DNA from: Pristiophorus japonicus
Taxonomy: Eukaryota
Assembly (NCBI RefSeq): GCF_044704955.1
Contig: NC_091984.1
Coordinates: 204,166,001-204,230,000 of the forward strand
DNA length: 64,000 bases
Direction: 5' to 3'
Shown: piece after piece, positions 25,998-39,725 of the stretch
Layout: each line of letters opens with the position of its first letter
How positions within the stretch are numbered: the stretch's first letter is position 1
The notes under the pieces: generated by a model
Databases searched by the model: none
What the model saw: the letters and a program-made list of their open reading frames with translations, nothing else
Told to the model about the DNA's origin: nothing
Translations under genes and position numbers: made by a program

Positions 25998-27530
25998 CAG
26001 AATCATAGAAACTTGCAGCACACAAGGAGGCCATTTGGCCTGTCGTGCCAGCTGACTTTTAAAAGAGCAGTCATGCTTTATTCTTCACCCCTGCTTTTTA
26101 TCCATAACCTTGTAAGTTCCTCATCCTCAAGTGCCTGTCCAACTCCCTTCTAAAATTATTTATGGAATTTGCTTCCACCACCTTTTCAGGTAGAGCATTC
26201 CAGATCCTGACAAATTTGAGTGAAAAATGTTCTTCTCATCTGCCCTCCAGATCTTTTGCCAATGATTTAAAATCTATGACCTCGCCAGAGGAAATAGTTT
26301 TTCTCTATCTACTCTTGTATGCTTTTTTAACCACCTTATCAACTTGCGGTGCCACCTTTAAGGATTTGTGCACATGGACATCTAGGTGTCTACACTTTTT
26401 AAAAATCATGCCATTTATGATGCACTGTCATTCCATATTCATCTTCCCAAAGTGTTTTCACACTTCTCTGTATTGAACTCCATCTGCCATGCCTCTACCC
26501 ATTTCACCATCCTGTTTGTCATACTGCAGCCAATAAACTTCTCATCACTATCTATTGCTTTGCCAAGTTTGGAATCATCTGCAAACTTTACAATGCAGCT
26601 CCCTATACTTGAATTTATAAAAATTGAAAAGAATAATGGACCCAAAAGTGACTCTAGGGAACACCACTGCAAACGACCTCCCACCATGAACAACATCCAT
26701 CCACCACCTGCTTCCTGTCACAGCCAATTTCATATCCACACTGCCACTTGCCCATAAGTTCATGAGCTTCCACCTTATTAATAAGCCTGTATGGTATTTT
26801 GTCGAATGCCTTCTGAAAGTCCATCTACTGCACTACCTTGATAAACCTGTTACCTCAGCAAAGAACTCAGTCAAGTTAGACATGATTTGCTTGTAACAAA
26901 TTCATTCTGCCTCTCCTTGATTAATCCATGCCTTTCCAAATAAGTTTATTTTGTCCCTGATATGGTTTCCAACAACTTGCCCAACACTGATGTTCGGATG
27001 ACTGACCTGTAGTTTCCTGGTTCATTCCTCTCCCTTTTCTTGAATAGTAAAACATTAACAATCCTCCAGTCCTCTGGCATTACTCATGTATCCAATGAGG
27101 ATTCAAAAATTATGACCAATGCCTCTGCTGATCCTATCTTTGCCTCTGTCAGCAACCTAAGATGCATTACATTCCATCTGGACCAGGTGACTTGCCAACT
27201 TTCAGTAATGCTAATCCTTTTAGTATGTCTTCTCTATCTGGTACTATCCTGTCCATAACTTCCATCTCTTTTAGTGTAAACTTCACATCATCCGCTTCCT
27301 TTGTGAAGACTTCCCGTGAAGATTTCCCTTTGGGTCCTTAATAGGCCCAACTTTTTCCCTAGCGAACAGCTTAAAAATGTTTTAGGGTTCAATTTAATGT
27401 TGCTTGCTAATCTTTTCTTGTAACCTCTCTGCCTTCTGTATTAACTTCTTCAATTCACTCCTGTACTTTCCATAATCTTCCTGGATATTAACAGAATCTT
27501 GTTCCTGACATTTGTCATAGGCCTTTTTTT
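25998..27530 (-). mobile_element. Old CR1 LINE (RT region)
   Basis: LGPLFF...KFADDSKLG...WQMEFNTEKC; CR1 tail near 26000. Confidence 0.85.
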
Positions 27531-27672
27531 AAATTTTAACTTTTATAGATTAAATAGTATATTAAAAATCTTACATATGACACACTTCCAGTCGAAAAAC
27601 CTTACTACTTATTGTCAGAATTGTCTGTCTTTTATCTACATTTAACTTTGAAAATCATTATGTAAACATTTA

Positions 27673-30600
27673 GGGCTAGACTTTCCACTCAGATTGCTAT
27701 CGCCCAAAAAATGGGCGATGTTCCAGCCTGAGCAATTTTTTATTTTTCATTTTTCAGCATCGCTGGAAGATTGTCCATTTTTTTTCATTGCTACTTTCGG
27801 CTTGTTATTTTGGGTGATAGCCTTCGTGATGTGAAATGGGCCTTAGCGATGTGGAAGGCTGGCATCCATAGCAACAGCCGTTCTGCACATGTGGGGGGTT
27901 TTTTGCAAAGAAGTTTTCCCGCGATTCAGGAGGTCGGGCGTCATCTGCGCAGAAGGCAAAGGGAGGGAGAGAGAAAGCTTTGCTGTGAAAAAGATGCATT
28001 TGTCATGGAATTTGAAGGTATCCCAACAAGAATCTGGGGAGAGTGGGCAGGATGTGGAAGGGAGGAAGAGGGCAAAACCCTTCTCCAATGAGGCCCTCAT
28101 TTATGAGGTACACTCTCGGTGGGGCCAACTAACCCGGGTTGGGCGTGGGGCGAGATTGCCGATGTGGTGTCATCGGTGTCCCACAAGCCGAGGGGATCGG
28201 ACCAGTGCCGCAAGAGGTGGGACAGCCTGGTTGCTTCGGCAAGAGTAAGTATTAAATAGACTTTAAATTGTAATGATCCACTGAATATGTAAATCTGCCA
28301 GATTGAAATTAAGCTGGGTATTGTGTAGATTCCCTACTAAGATTTGGACAGGGTTCGGAACCTGTACCCTTTAAGTCTAATTTTGGCACCGTCTCCTTTT
28401 GGGTTATATTGGTGGATGAGGCACAACTGAGCACTGAGGGGTCCGATCACCTTTACCCAGACTCTGTCAGTCTCCCCGGCTGCTGTCACTTACATAGTGA
28501 CCCAGCCTGGACTGGGGGAGAGCAGCCCTGGCTCACTGTCTGCCCTGGGGCTTTGGGACATTAGCTCCGGACACGTGGAGGTCTCCGAGCACAGCCCATG
28601 GACATGGTGCCCCCTCCCATTACACTCATTGCCCCCTCCCATTACACTCATTGCCAAGCTTATCAGAGATCCTGATTTCCACACCACCCCCCCCGCCTCC
28701 GGGGGACCTCCATCGAGTCAAATAAACTGCCTATCTCCCCTCAGGCGCCGAATGCAACTGCCCATGGATGGAGCCCTTCCTGGAGATTGTACGCGAGATA
28801 TTTGGTGTTGAGTGTTAGTTACTAAACGCAATTTTATTAAATCTTTCCTCTAAACCTAGATGTTATAACCATGCATCCATTGGATGCAAACCGTATTAGC
28901 ATATAATGTTAGAATCTGTTGTCTTTCTGTAATAGTACCTAGTCAATTAGCTTATGCCATGTTCTTGTCACGTTTGCAGAGGAAGATATCTAAGAATCGA
29001 TCGGAGCAGAGGCGCACCGGAGGAGGACCTGCTCAAGTACTGCTGCTCAGTGACTTCGAGGAACGTGCTTCAGCACTAGTGGCCAGCCACCGTCGCTCTG
29101 CCACCCGTGGTAGTGCAGATCCTGTTGTTGCGCCACGTGTAAAGCAGTGGTAAACCAGTCGTAATTCAAAGTAATTAACGGCATTTCATTATAATATATG
29201 AATGATGTCATGTTATGCATACAGCTTCTGTACTACTCCGGTTAACAACATAACATAAGAAATCGGAGCAGGAGTAGGTCATTTGACTCCTCAAGCCTGC
29301 TCCGCCATTTAATAAGATCATGGCTGATCTTATCACGGACTCCGCTCCACTTCCCTGCCCACTCCCCATAACCCTTGATTCCCTTATCATTCAAAAATTT
29401 GTCTATCTCCATCTTAAATATATTCAATGATCCAACCTCCACAGCTCTCTGGAGCAGTGATTGATGCACAACCATATGATGTGATCATATGTAACGTCTT
29501 CCATTCACATTTATTGCAGTAGTGTTGCTCCTCCTACGTATGCCAGCGCAGCGCAAGCATTCTCATGTCTACCCTTCTGTTCTAATAAGCTCAATTATGT
29601 TTTGCAGGTCCCCAGATTCCCAAGGCGCAAAAGGAAGCCGCACCTGTCCCATTGCAGGTGGTCATCACCACGGGTGGAGAGGACACCACTGAAAGGGAAG
29701 AGGAGGATGATGGCCCAATTTCATCTGTTGTACCTGCGGCCACATCTTCATCAATAGGCCAAGCTGCTTGCAGCAGGCAACTCCAAGGCATACAGTGCCC
29801 ACGCCGACCCCACGAAGGTTGAGTCGGCGAGGTAGGCACGTGCTGGCTGCGATGGGCCGATCCTAACGAGGACATGGTCGCACTGTCATGGGAGAGCGTC
29901 GACATAGGTCGCGAGCTCCTCCAGGCGATTGTGGGTTGACCAGAAACATTGCCACAAATGTCTGCTCGAGCAACAGAGGGCTTCGAGCGCATAGTTGTGG
30001 CAATGGGCCAAATGACCGACGCTGTCTATGCCTTGTGGCATGTGATAGTGTCGGGAGATGGCACTACGCCCCAACCACCCGGACAGATGCGAGACAGGAG
30101 GAAGACCCTCCTTCTGGCTCGGAAGACGTTTCTTCTGAAACGTCGTCTCCTCCAGCCACTGAGTCAACGCTGCCAACGTCCGTTGTCCCCCCCCCCCCCC
30201 CCCCGGCCCTGCCACAGCAGCAGGCCTTGAGGTCCCCTGCTGCAAGACGTATTGGACCCATTACTCGGGGATTAAAATGGGGAGTTAAGACAAAAGGGGG
30301 TAAAGGATCTGGTAGGCTGCAGATCTCCCTTAATGAGCTGGCATATCTCACTGATGACCTTTCGGAATCACAGTCTTTTAAGGCACGTGTTATCGGAGAA
30401 GTTCAGGTATGATCGCTTTTCCCTGTAAATGCGTTGGGTGTAATGTCTCCGCCTACACAGCAGTCTGCTATCTCTTTGGGCACACAATGCTCTTCAATAT
30501 ACCTTCTCCCATCTTCAGTCTGCAGCATGTGATTAGTGACCATTACTGGTAGAGAAATTACAGACCCCATCACTATAAATGCCCTAAATTTATCCTCAAC

Positions 30601-31005
30601 AGATACAAATGTGATTAGATGATTGACAACAGTCTAAAAGGCCCTTAAAATCACACTCAAATTGATTCTCCTAATAAGCACTTGTTGAAGCAGCCTTTTA
30701 GATGCTCTGACGTTCAAAATGGCGGCTGTAGTGCCGACTTAAGGCCAAGTGAGAGCAGCTTTTCTCCAGCGATCTTGGCGAGCGATCAGCTCGGCGATGT
30801 GTAGGCGATATGGTGAAAGTTGCGGTCGCCGATCATCTGGGTGATGGCCTTAGGCTGGCGATGCAGCACATTCATGTGTGTTGAAAGTTGGGCCGGCGAT
30901 TTAATGGACGATGTTCCGGCCCAACTTTCCACTTTTCAGCAAAAATGGGCGATAGCCTGCTTGGATGGGCGATAGCTTGGCGATCATGGGTGGAAAGTCT
31001 AGTTC
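27673..31005 (+). mobile_element. Non-autonomous PIF/Harbinger DNA transposon carrying a decayed Myb/SANT gene; contains a CR1 3' fragment at 29248-29460
   Basis: TIRs GGGCTAGACTTTCCAC / GTGGAAAGTCTAGTTC in a TTA-like context; subterminal GGCGAT repeats; exons RKRAKPFSNEAL..QCRKRWDSLVASAR|GTAAGT and RKISKNRSEQRRTGGGP; no DDE transposase seen. Confidence 0.8.
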
Positions 31006-31686
31006 TTTAATAGGAAACACCTATTTAACCATGTAGACATATTCTCCATCTGTCACAATGTAGTTACATGCTTCCTACCACTGGTAGTGCAAAATGTACA
31101 TAACGTAGTCATGTTAATTTATTTTTAATGCAGAGACTGTTGGCCCCAGCCTGTGCTTTTCTGTTTTGAACTCTCCACAGATAAATAGCACCTGTGAGAG
31201 GTTTCTTTAGAATCAAGGTGGCTGCAAAATGACATGCCTTGCACTGGAAGTTCAGAACTTAAGTCAACCCTTATTCAGACTTGGTAATCCAAAACATGAA
31301 TTGGACAGTTTCCACAGCACTCTAATGCATTGTTCATGATTGGCCAGCTGTTCACAAAACCTGGAGTGGCGAAACTGTCACTGAGAGATTAGGAGTCTTA
31401 TTCTTCCCACTTCCAATAACTCTGAAAGCCAATGCTGTAACAGGTAAGGCTATGCCTCAATAGCCACTCGTGATAAAACCTTGCATGTTCTCAAACATTT
31501 TGTGGAAAAAATACCTTTTAACTTCGCCCCCCTCCTTTACTTTTCTAGAGATAAACTTGAGTCTATACTCCTTTGTAACTGATTCACCAACTAGTGGAAA
31601 CACTAGTTCCACTATTCTCTTAAATTGGGTGGTCATTTTGTCAGAGTTCTCATTTCTGTCCTGCAGTAAGGTATCAATGTATTGAT

Positions 31687-31804
31687 ACAAAAGGCAAAAT
31701 ATTGCAGATACTGGAAATCGGAACTATAAACAGGAAATGCTGGAAATACTCAGCAGGTCAGACAGCATGTTTCTGCTGAATATTTCCAGAATATTCTGTT
31801 TATT
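31687..31804. mobile_element. Fold-back insert of about 118 bp, same family as 20777
   Basis: Imperfect 15-bp TSD TATCAATRTATTRAT (31672-31686, 31805-31819); inverted arms. Confidence 0.6.
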
Positions 31805-32039
31805 TATCAATATATTAATGTTGGGTGTTGATTGGGCTCAGTTGTGATGTTCCCCACAATCATAAACCTGTGATACTGCTTGGGAGGGCGGAGAGATTCA
31901 CATATAAAGAATGACCACTTGGATGAGATATTATAGGGCTGCTGGCATTGGTAGAACTGTATCCCAGTATAATTCAATGCCTTCGAGAAAAATTGAGGAA
32001 ATTGAAAAATAATTAATTTTTTTTAATCGACATTAACCG

Positions 32040-34585
32040 GGTATGGTAACATAGTGATTATGGGACATGACTGGTAGTCCAGAGGTTTGGCCTAATAATC
32101 TAGAGAACGTGAGTTCAGATACCACTATTGCAGTTTGAGAATTTGAATTCAGTTTTTTTTTTAAATCTGGAAATGAAAACCTGGTATCAGTAAAAGTGAA
32201 TATAGAAACTGAACAGCTTTATTAATGTCCTTTGCAACAAAATCAACTTGTATTTATATAGCGCCTTTAATATAGTTAAATGTCCCAAGGCGCTTCACAC
32301 GGGCGGTATAAAACAAAATTTGACACCAAGCCACAAAAAAGGATATTGGGGTAGATGACCAAAAGCTTGGTCAAAGAGGTAGATTTTAAGGAGCATCTTA
32401 AAGGAGGAAAGGGAGGCGGAGAAGGTCAGGGAGGTAATTCCAGAGCTTAGGGCCTTGACGGCTGAAGACATAACCACTAATGGTTGAGCATTTAAAATCA
32501 GGGCCGGAATTTTGCCGGCACTCAGAGGCAGGTTCCAGGTGGGTCCACTGTCAAAATAGAAAAGATTGACAGCGGGTCGGCAGCCCACTGTCAACCCACC
32601 TCCACGTCCGTTTCCCAAGTGCCAGGTCTGTCAGCGCTTTACAGACCCAACACCAAGGAGGCAATTGTCATTGTTAAGAGCTTGTTGAAAGGCACTTAAA
32701 CAGCATTTTATCGTGTACTTGCCATTTTTCCAGCTTTTTCACGAGGATCACAACGCTCGGAGATCACGTCCGGTAAGTAGGTCAGGTTTTCAATGATTCT
32801 CCGTTTTCTGAATAGGTGACAGCTGCAAAAACTACCGTTTCACAGCTGTTCACTTTCCAATCGTAGAAGTTGGGGCCTTTAGGATTTGGAAGAGACTTTT
32901 GAACTTCATGCAGTTGGAAGTGTTTGGAGTAAAGTCTCTATCCACTGTCACCTCCTTGGAACAACCTACCTCATCATTGACAGATTGCTTCTGTCATCTC
33001 AACTTCACCTGCCATCTATTCCATCAGCATTGGTGGCCTTGAAAAAAATCTCACCTCGGTCCTCAGAATCCCACCACGATCATTCCCAACACCAACTTCA
33101 TCAGCACACCAGCAGCACCAACAACACCACCAACCTTCTCCACAATCACCTAATGCTGCACGGGGCATCTGCAGCTGACTGGAATGCCAGGGAGGGCCTC
33201 ACCCTGGCCACATTTACTTCACTTGACTGTACACCCTGGCTGTCACATGATGCGCCAGGTTGGCACCAACCCACACCAACACCATAAAGCATTCCCGCAA
33301 TGCCCAAACCATTCCTTTCACACTCATCACCAATGTTGGGGGCAGGATACAGTTATGTCTCACCATTCACTGCAATTCACTAAGCCACTTCCAAAGGTGC
33401 ACACACATCTGTCCATGAAGGCACAGTGTTGAAAATAAAGATTTTAAAGTTTGACAACACATTAACAGAAATTTTACATGAAAATTAGCTAAAAGACCCA
33501 AGTCTCTACCCTTGTGTGGTGTTAGTTGGTATGATTGGACTAGGATGAGTGTGAGGGGTGAGTAGCGAGATGGGGAAGTGATAATATAGATAGTGAGCGA
33601 GCGATGGGTGGAATTGCAAGGTAAATTGGTGTGAGTAAGCATGTGCAGGAGTAGGGTAGGAAGGCAAAGTGATGGGGATGTGATGAGAGGCACAGCAGGA
33701 TGAGGTTGAGTGTGGCTTTGAAGTAACGTTTCATGATCTACTGAGCTCATCGTAAGGTTTGCGCCACTGCAGCCAGGTCCTCTTGACGACATTCCTGCTT
33801 GTGCCCTCCTGTGCAATGTGCAACCAGGCTGCGTTGGTGTCCTGGAGAGGTCTCTTCCACCCATTGGAAGGGAAGAGAATCTCCCTCCACGCTGTTACTC
33901 CCTCCATAAGCATATGGAGGGAGTCATGGGTGAGCCTGGATGCAGCCGTGCACCTTTGTAGAGTGGTTCAGTGTTTGCAGTACCTCAATGCCGTAGAACA
34001 CTGACAGCACAACTGTCAAAATAAAGTTGGGCGTGGTCCCTTTAAAGAAATCGACTGATGACACATCATCAAATGCCGTCATCAGACCCGCTTCCTTTTA
34101 ATTGGTTGGGAACTTCACTGCACGGGCTTAACAAGCCCAATCCGGGGAAAGTCATGGGCAAAGCGGGTATCGAGACAGGAGTGGGGTTGGAACCTGCCAC
34201 CGACATCGCCCGCCTTGCTCCCGACCTGGTAGGTGAAATTGCAGCCGGGGATACTCAAGATGCTAGAATTTGAGAAGTGTAGATATCTTGGAGGGTTTGG
34301 GGCTGGAGGAGATTAGAGATAGGGAGGGGCAAGGCTGTGAAGGGATTTGAAAACAAGGATGAGAATTTTTAAATTGAGGCGTTGCTTAACCGGGAGCCAA
34401 TGTCAGCGAGCACAGGGGTGATGGATGAACGGGACTTGGTGCGAATTAGGGAAATAAACATACTTCTTCAGACCCATACCAATGTGATTGACTCTTAACT
34501 ATCTCCCAAGTGACCTCGCAAGCCATTCAGTTAAGGGCAACTCGGGATGGACAATAAATGTCGACTATGCCCACATCCTGATAAA
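32040..34585 (+). mobile_element. tRNA-derived SINE (32040-32232 + 34450-34585) interrupted by an antisense L2 3' fragment (32235-32500 + 34247-34450)
   Basis: SINE head and GGGCAA..GGGATGG..AATAAATG tail; the L2 halves rejoin as AAAATC..GGGAT(A/G)CTCAAG (compare the reverse complement of 37115-37140). Confidence 0.65.
32501..34246 (-). mobile_element. PIF/Harbinger-derived element with a Myb/SANT remnant
   Basis: Imperfect TIRs GGCCGGAATTT / AAATTGCAGCC; ORF 33731..33913 has AWLHIAQE...RTWLQWRKPYDEL (SANT helix 3); splits the L2 cleanly. Confidence 0.7.
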
Positions 34586-34964
34586 AGAGCCAAGCTCAAC
34601 ATTAAAAATTCCTATCACAGCGCCACCTACTGTAATAACTTATAAAAGTGACACTTTTATAAATGGGATTTTTCACAGGAGCAGGTCAGAATTTGACATG
34701 AGTTTTAGTGCATTTGAAATGGAATATTATGATCCACCTTCCATTTTTAATATATAATAGATATTTTGGCTAGAATTGAGCCAAACCAGTTTAGCTACAT
34801 AAAAGGAAATGGTATAAGCAGTCTTTGTTCATTTGATGTACAAAGAGAAATTAAAAAGTTGCATTCTGAAAGGATGTGATTTATCACAAGGACGTAAGTT
34901 AATAGAAGGCCAATCGGCGACATTCATCTGATACGTACAATTGTAGGCATCCCCTTAGTGAATT

Positions 34965-36784
34965 ACATAGAATCATAGATGGTTACAGCACGGAAGAAGG
35001 CCATTCGGTTCGTCGATCCCGTGCTGGCTCCTTTGCAAGAGCACTTCAGCTAATCCCACTCCCCTGACCATTCCCCATAGCCCTGCAATTTGTTTCCCTT
35101 CAGATACTTATCCAACTCCCTTTTAAAAGTCAGGATTGAGTCTGCCTCCACCACCCTTTCAGGCACTGCATTCCAGATCCTAACCACTCGTTGCGTAAAA
35201 AAGTTTTTCCTCACGTCGCCTTTGGTTCTTTTGCCAATCACCTTAAATCTGTGTCCTCTGGTTCTCAACCCTTCCGCCAATGGGAACAGTTTCTATCTAC
35301 TCTGTCCAGACCCCTCATAATTTTGAACACCTCTATCAAATCTCTTCTCACTCTGCTCTAAGGAGAACAACCCTGGCTGCTCCAGTCTATCCACGTAACT
35401 GAAGTCCCTCATCCCTGGAATCATTCTCGTAAATCTTTTCTGCACCCTCTCTAAGGCCTTCACATCCTTCTTAAAGCGCGATGTCCAGAATTGGACGCAA
35501 TACCCTAGGTGAGGCCGAACCAGTGTTTAATATGGTTCATCACAATTTTCACGCTTTTATACTTTATAACTCTGTTCAGGATCCCGTAAGCTTTTTTTAA
35601 ACTGCTTTCTCAACCTGCCCTGCCACCTTCAATGATTTGTGCACATATACCCCAAGGTCTCTCTGTTCATGTACCCACTTTAGGATTGTACCCTTTAGTT
35701 TATATTTCCTCTCCTCATTCTTTCTACCAAAATGTAGCACGTGGTACTTTTCTGCTTTAAATTTCATCTACCACGTGTCTGCCCATTCTACCAGCCTGTC
35801 CATGTCCTCTTGAAATCTATCACTATCCTATCACTGTTCACTATATTTCCAAGTTTTGGTTCATTTGCAAATTTTGAAATTGTGCCCTGTACACACACAT
35901 CTTAGTCATTAATATATATATCAAAAAAATCAGTGGTCCTAGAACCGACGCCTGGGGTACACCACTATACCTTCCTCCAGTCAGAAAAACAACCGTTCAC
36001 CAATACTCCCTGCCACTGTCCCTTTTATTCAAGGGGCTTCAACTTTTCTGGCAAGCCTATTATGTGGCACATTGACGAATGCCTTTTGGAAATCCATATA
36101 CACCATGTCAACCACATTGCCCTCATCAACCCTTTCTATTACCTCATCAAAAAACTTGATTGTTAGTTAAACACGATTTATCTTTAACAAATCCGTGCCT
36201 GCTTTCCTTAATTAATCCACACTTGTCTAAGTGACTGTTAATTTTGTCCCTGATTATTATTTATAAAAGCTTCCTCACTACAGAGGTTAAACTGGCCTGT
36301 AGTTGCTGGGTTTAGCTTTACACCATTTTTTGAACAAGGGTGTAACATTTGCAATTCTCCAGTCCTCTGGTACCACCCCCATTTCTAAGGAGGATTTAAA
36401 GATTATGGCCAATACCTTTTCGATCTCTTCCTTCGCTTCCCTCAGCATCCTAGGACGCATCCCATCTAGTCCTGGTGACTTATCTACTTTAAGTGCAGCC
36501 AACCTTTCTAATACCTCTATCAATTTTTACCCCATCCAGTATCTCCTCTACCTCCTCTACTATGTCTATGACAGCATCTTCTTCCTTGGTGAAAACAGAT
36601 GCAAAGTACACATTTAGCACTCAGCCATACCCTCTGCCTCGACGCGTAGGTCTCCTTTTTTTTGTCCCTAATCAGCCCCACTTTTAATGTTAGCTGCCAT
36701 TCTATTCTCATAGCCTCCCTTTGCCCCTATTTTATTTTTCACTTCTCCTCTGAACTTACTATATTTAGCCTGATTCTCATATAT
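34965..36784 (-). mobile_element. CR1 LINE, decayed
   Basis: RTRGHRFKV...NFFTQRVV; VDKSPGLDG...EDWRIANVTPLFKK; tail near 34965. Confidence 0.9.
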
Positions 36785-37397
36785 TCATCGCCATTGCCTG
36801 AGCTCATCCACTGCTGAAGCCCTCATCCACGCTTTTGTTACCTCCAGACGACTATTCCTGGCTGGCCTCCCACATTTTACCGTTTGTAAACTAGATGTAA
36901 TCCAAAACTCAGCTGCCCGTGTCCTAACTCGCACCAAGTCCCACTCGCCCATCACCCCTGTGTTCGTTGACCTACATTGGCTGCCAGTTAAGCAACACCT
37001 CAATTTCAAAATTGTCATCCTTGTTTTCAAATCCCTCCATGGCCTTGCCCCTCCCTATCTCAGTAATCTCCTCCAGCCCCCCCCTGGAGATGTCCGCTCC
37101 TCTAATTCTGCCTTCTTGAGTATCCCTGATTCTAATCACTCAACCATTGGTGGCCATGCCTTTTGTTGCCAAGGCCCTAAGCTCTGGAATTCCCTGCCTA
37201 AACCTCGCCACCTCTTTCTCCTCCTTTTAAGATGCTCCTTAAAACCTATCTCTTTGACCAAGCTTTTGGTCACCTGCCCTAATTTCTCCTTATGTGGCTT
37301 GGTGTCAATTTTTTTGTCTCATAATACTCCTGTGAAGCACCTTGGGATGTTTCACTATGTTAATAGCACTATATAAATACAAGTTGTTGTTGTTGTT
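36785..37397 (+). mobile_element. L2-clade LINE 3' part
   Basis: DLHWLPVKQHLNFKIVILVFKSLHGLAPPYLS; (TTG)n tail. Confidence 0.85.
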
Positions 37398-38924
37398 CTC
37401 GACCTGACATCTGTCATACGCGCATATATTCATTTCTAAATGTATTCTTTTTATTCAACCCTTCACTGACACTGCTTAATAAACTTAATATTTAATTGTA
37501 CCATGGATGTTAAAGTGAGGACCTGCTTGATGTCTTCAATTAATGTATGAAGATTGAAATTGCCCTTTTAACACTGAGCTGTATTGCCCTTAATTTTAAT
37601 CCAGTTTATTTTTATTTTATTGATTTTGTTCTTGGCCATGCTATCGTCTATGGTGGATTGTTAAAAGGTTCATACCAGTCAGATCAATAACTGATTGATT
37701 AGTTTCAAAACCCATTGTGACAGCTTATTCTGGGAGATAATGATGACACAAAATCACAAATGATTAAAGATGGCCATTCAAAATTAGATGCCTAAATTCT
37801 TAATCACACCGTCTGGTATCATTTCAGGCCTGGAAAACATGTGCATAATGTACTTACCACAGAAAAGTTCCCTATCACACTAGTTGTAAGAGGTTTCAAT
37901 ATGCAAATCAGTTCCATGTTACAAATAATGTTCTTGTTTAATATCAAATCTTGTTTATGGATGAACTTATTCTGAGGCATGGTCAAAAGTACAAGGTGCT
38001 TTAGGCTGCCTGTGCACAACAATGAATTTATAATATATGGCGTGGCTGTTCCTCCGTGGGCAAAGCCTGGAACTTTATGTTGCGCCTATTTTGCGAATAT
38101 CAAGTTACGCCCAAATACGCTCAAACTCAAAATGGGCGTAAATCAGTGCAAAACAATGTAAACAATCGGGGCCCACGAAAAGCACTGAACCTACACCATA
38201 TTTCTAACAAGTATGAAAATTTAAGTTTCAACTCATTTAACCATCATTTGTGCACATCAGGCACAAAATGTTTAAAAATTTGCAATCGATGAAGCTTTTA
38301 CATTTTTTGTGTGTTTTATACTTATGCCATAAGAATACATTAAAAGGAACAGAAAATACAGAACAGATCTCATTGAGGATCTATATATTTTTTTAAACCC
38401 TCAAAAAATTGCAATGAAACACCAGAAGAATTATTTTCTTTCCTACTGAGCCTGAAAATCTGATCACAATGTTAAACCTCTGAACAAGCGCGATTGAAGG
38501 ATATTCATATTTGAGAGTTGGGGGCGTGGTCAGTTTTGTGGACAAAGATTGCTTTAGAGGGTTTAATAGGGATGAATAGGGGACTTGGATGTATTGTAGT
38601 TACATGCAATCTAGGCACAAATATGGAGGCAACTCCAGGCCATTTATGATAAATCCCCACCGTAAACAGCTTTTGTTTACTTGGGTCAAGAGCACGATAA
38701 TTAATTTGTACAATTTAAACCACTGTAATAATGTTGACTTTGCAATGCATATGGTGAACCTGAACAAAATGAATTAGGTATGAATGTGGAAACTGTGTAT
38801 GCCCTTGTAAAACTGATTTATTTATGCGAACTTTGCCTCTAGGTTCTTATCACATTGCGTGTGTTGGTAAGATCAGAAAAACGTGTAGGACTTGTTAGAC
38901 TACTTGCTTTCATTTTGCAATAGG

Positions 38925-39725
38925 TGTCACTGGCTTGTAAGTGGTTTCCCTTGGGTGTTTTCGACCCCCCCCTACATTACAATAGTTCTAGACCTGGGAT
39001 TGATTACTGTGCTGAACAGATGAATGAGTCATGGACCAATACCTCAGTCTCAACAGTCAATGCTTTATTAAAGCTACCTCAACACAGCAAAACTACGAGT
39101 AAATACAGTGACGATGTAGTACAATCCAATACCCTGGTGTGTCTAAACCGCCCCTCTTGCGAAGTACCCAACGTATAAACCCTCTGCTCAGATCCACAAT
39201 CGACCCCCAAATCTGTACCGACCGGCTGGGCATACCCCTATGGTCCTTGCAGCAAAATCTCCCCACTAAAACCCTTCTAAGGCTTGGTTGGGAGAACACA
39301 CACCACCTCACACAGTGACTGTGATCTTAAAGATGCGTGGGCAGGGATGATGCTCACCAATTCGTTGGCTTACTTGTTGCTTCTCCTGGTTCCGTACTGT
39401 TTATAATTTCTTCTATCTGTCCCACATGGAGTGTTCGGTCCTTGTAGAGGTGAAGCAAGAGAGAGAGAGCTATGGCCATGTGGCCACCTTTTATATCCAA
39501 AGTCTGTTTGCCTTTTCTGGCCCAATAAAGTTTTCCTTGTTTTGAGGCTTCTGTCTGAGTGGCCCATGTGTATTCCAGTGATGGCCGGTCTGGGGCTTAA
39601 TGGCTTTCTATTGTTCTGGTTTCCCGCCTCGCGGAGTTATCTCATTCCAGGTAATGGCTTGATCACTCACCAGTTCACATTATTTAAAATTGGACCCTCC
39701 ACCTTTGCCCATTACCTGTGATGCG
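38925..39725 (-). mobile_element. Possible solo LTR
   Basis: Starts TGTCAC; minus-strand TATAAAA (near 39490) upstream of AATAAA (near 39066); right end and TSD not resolved. Confidence 0.3.
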
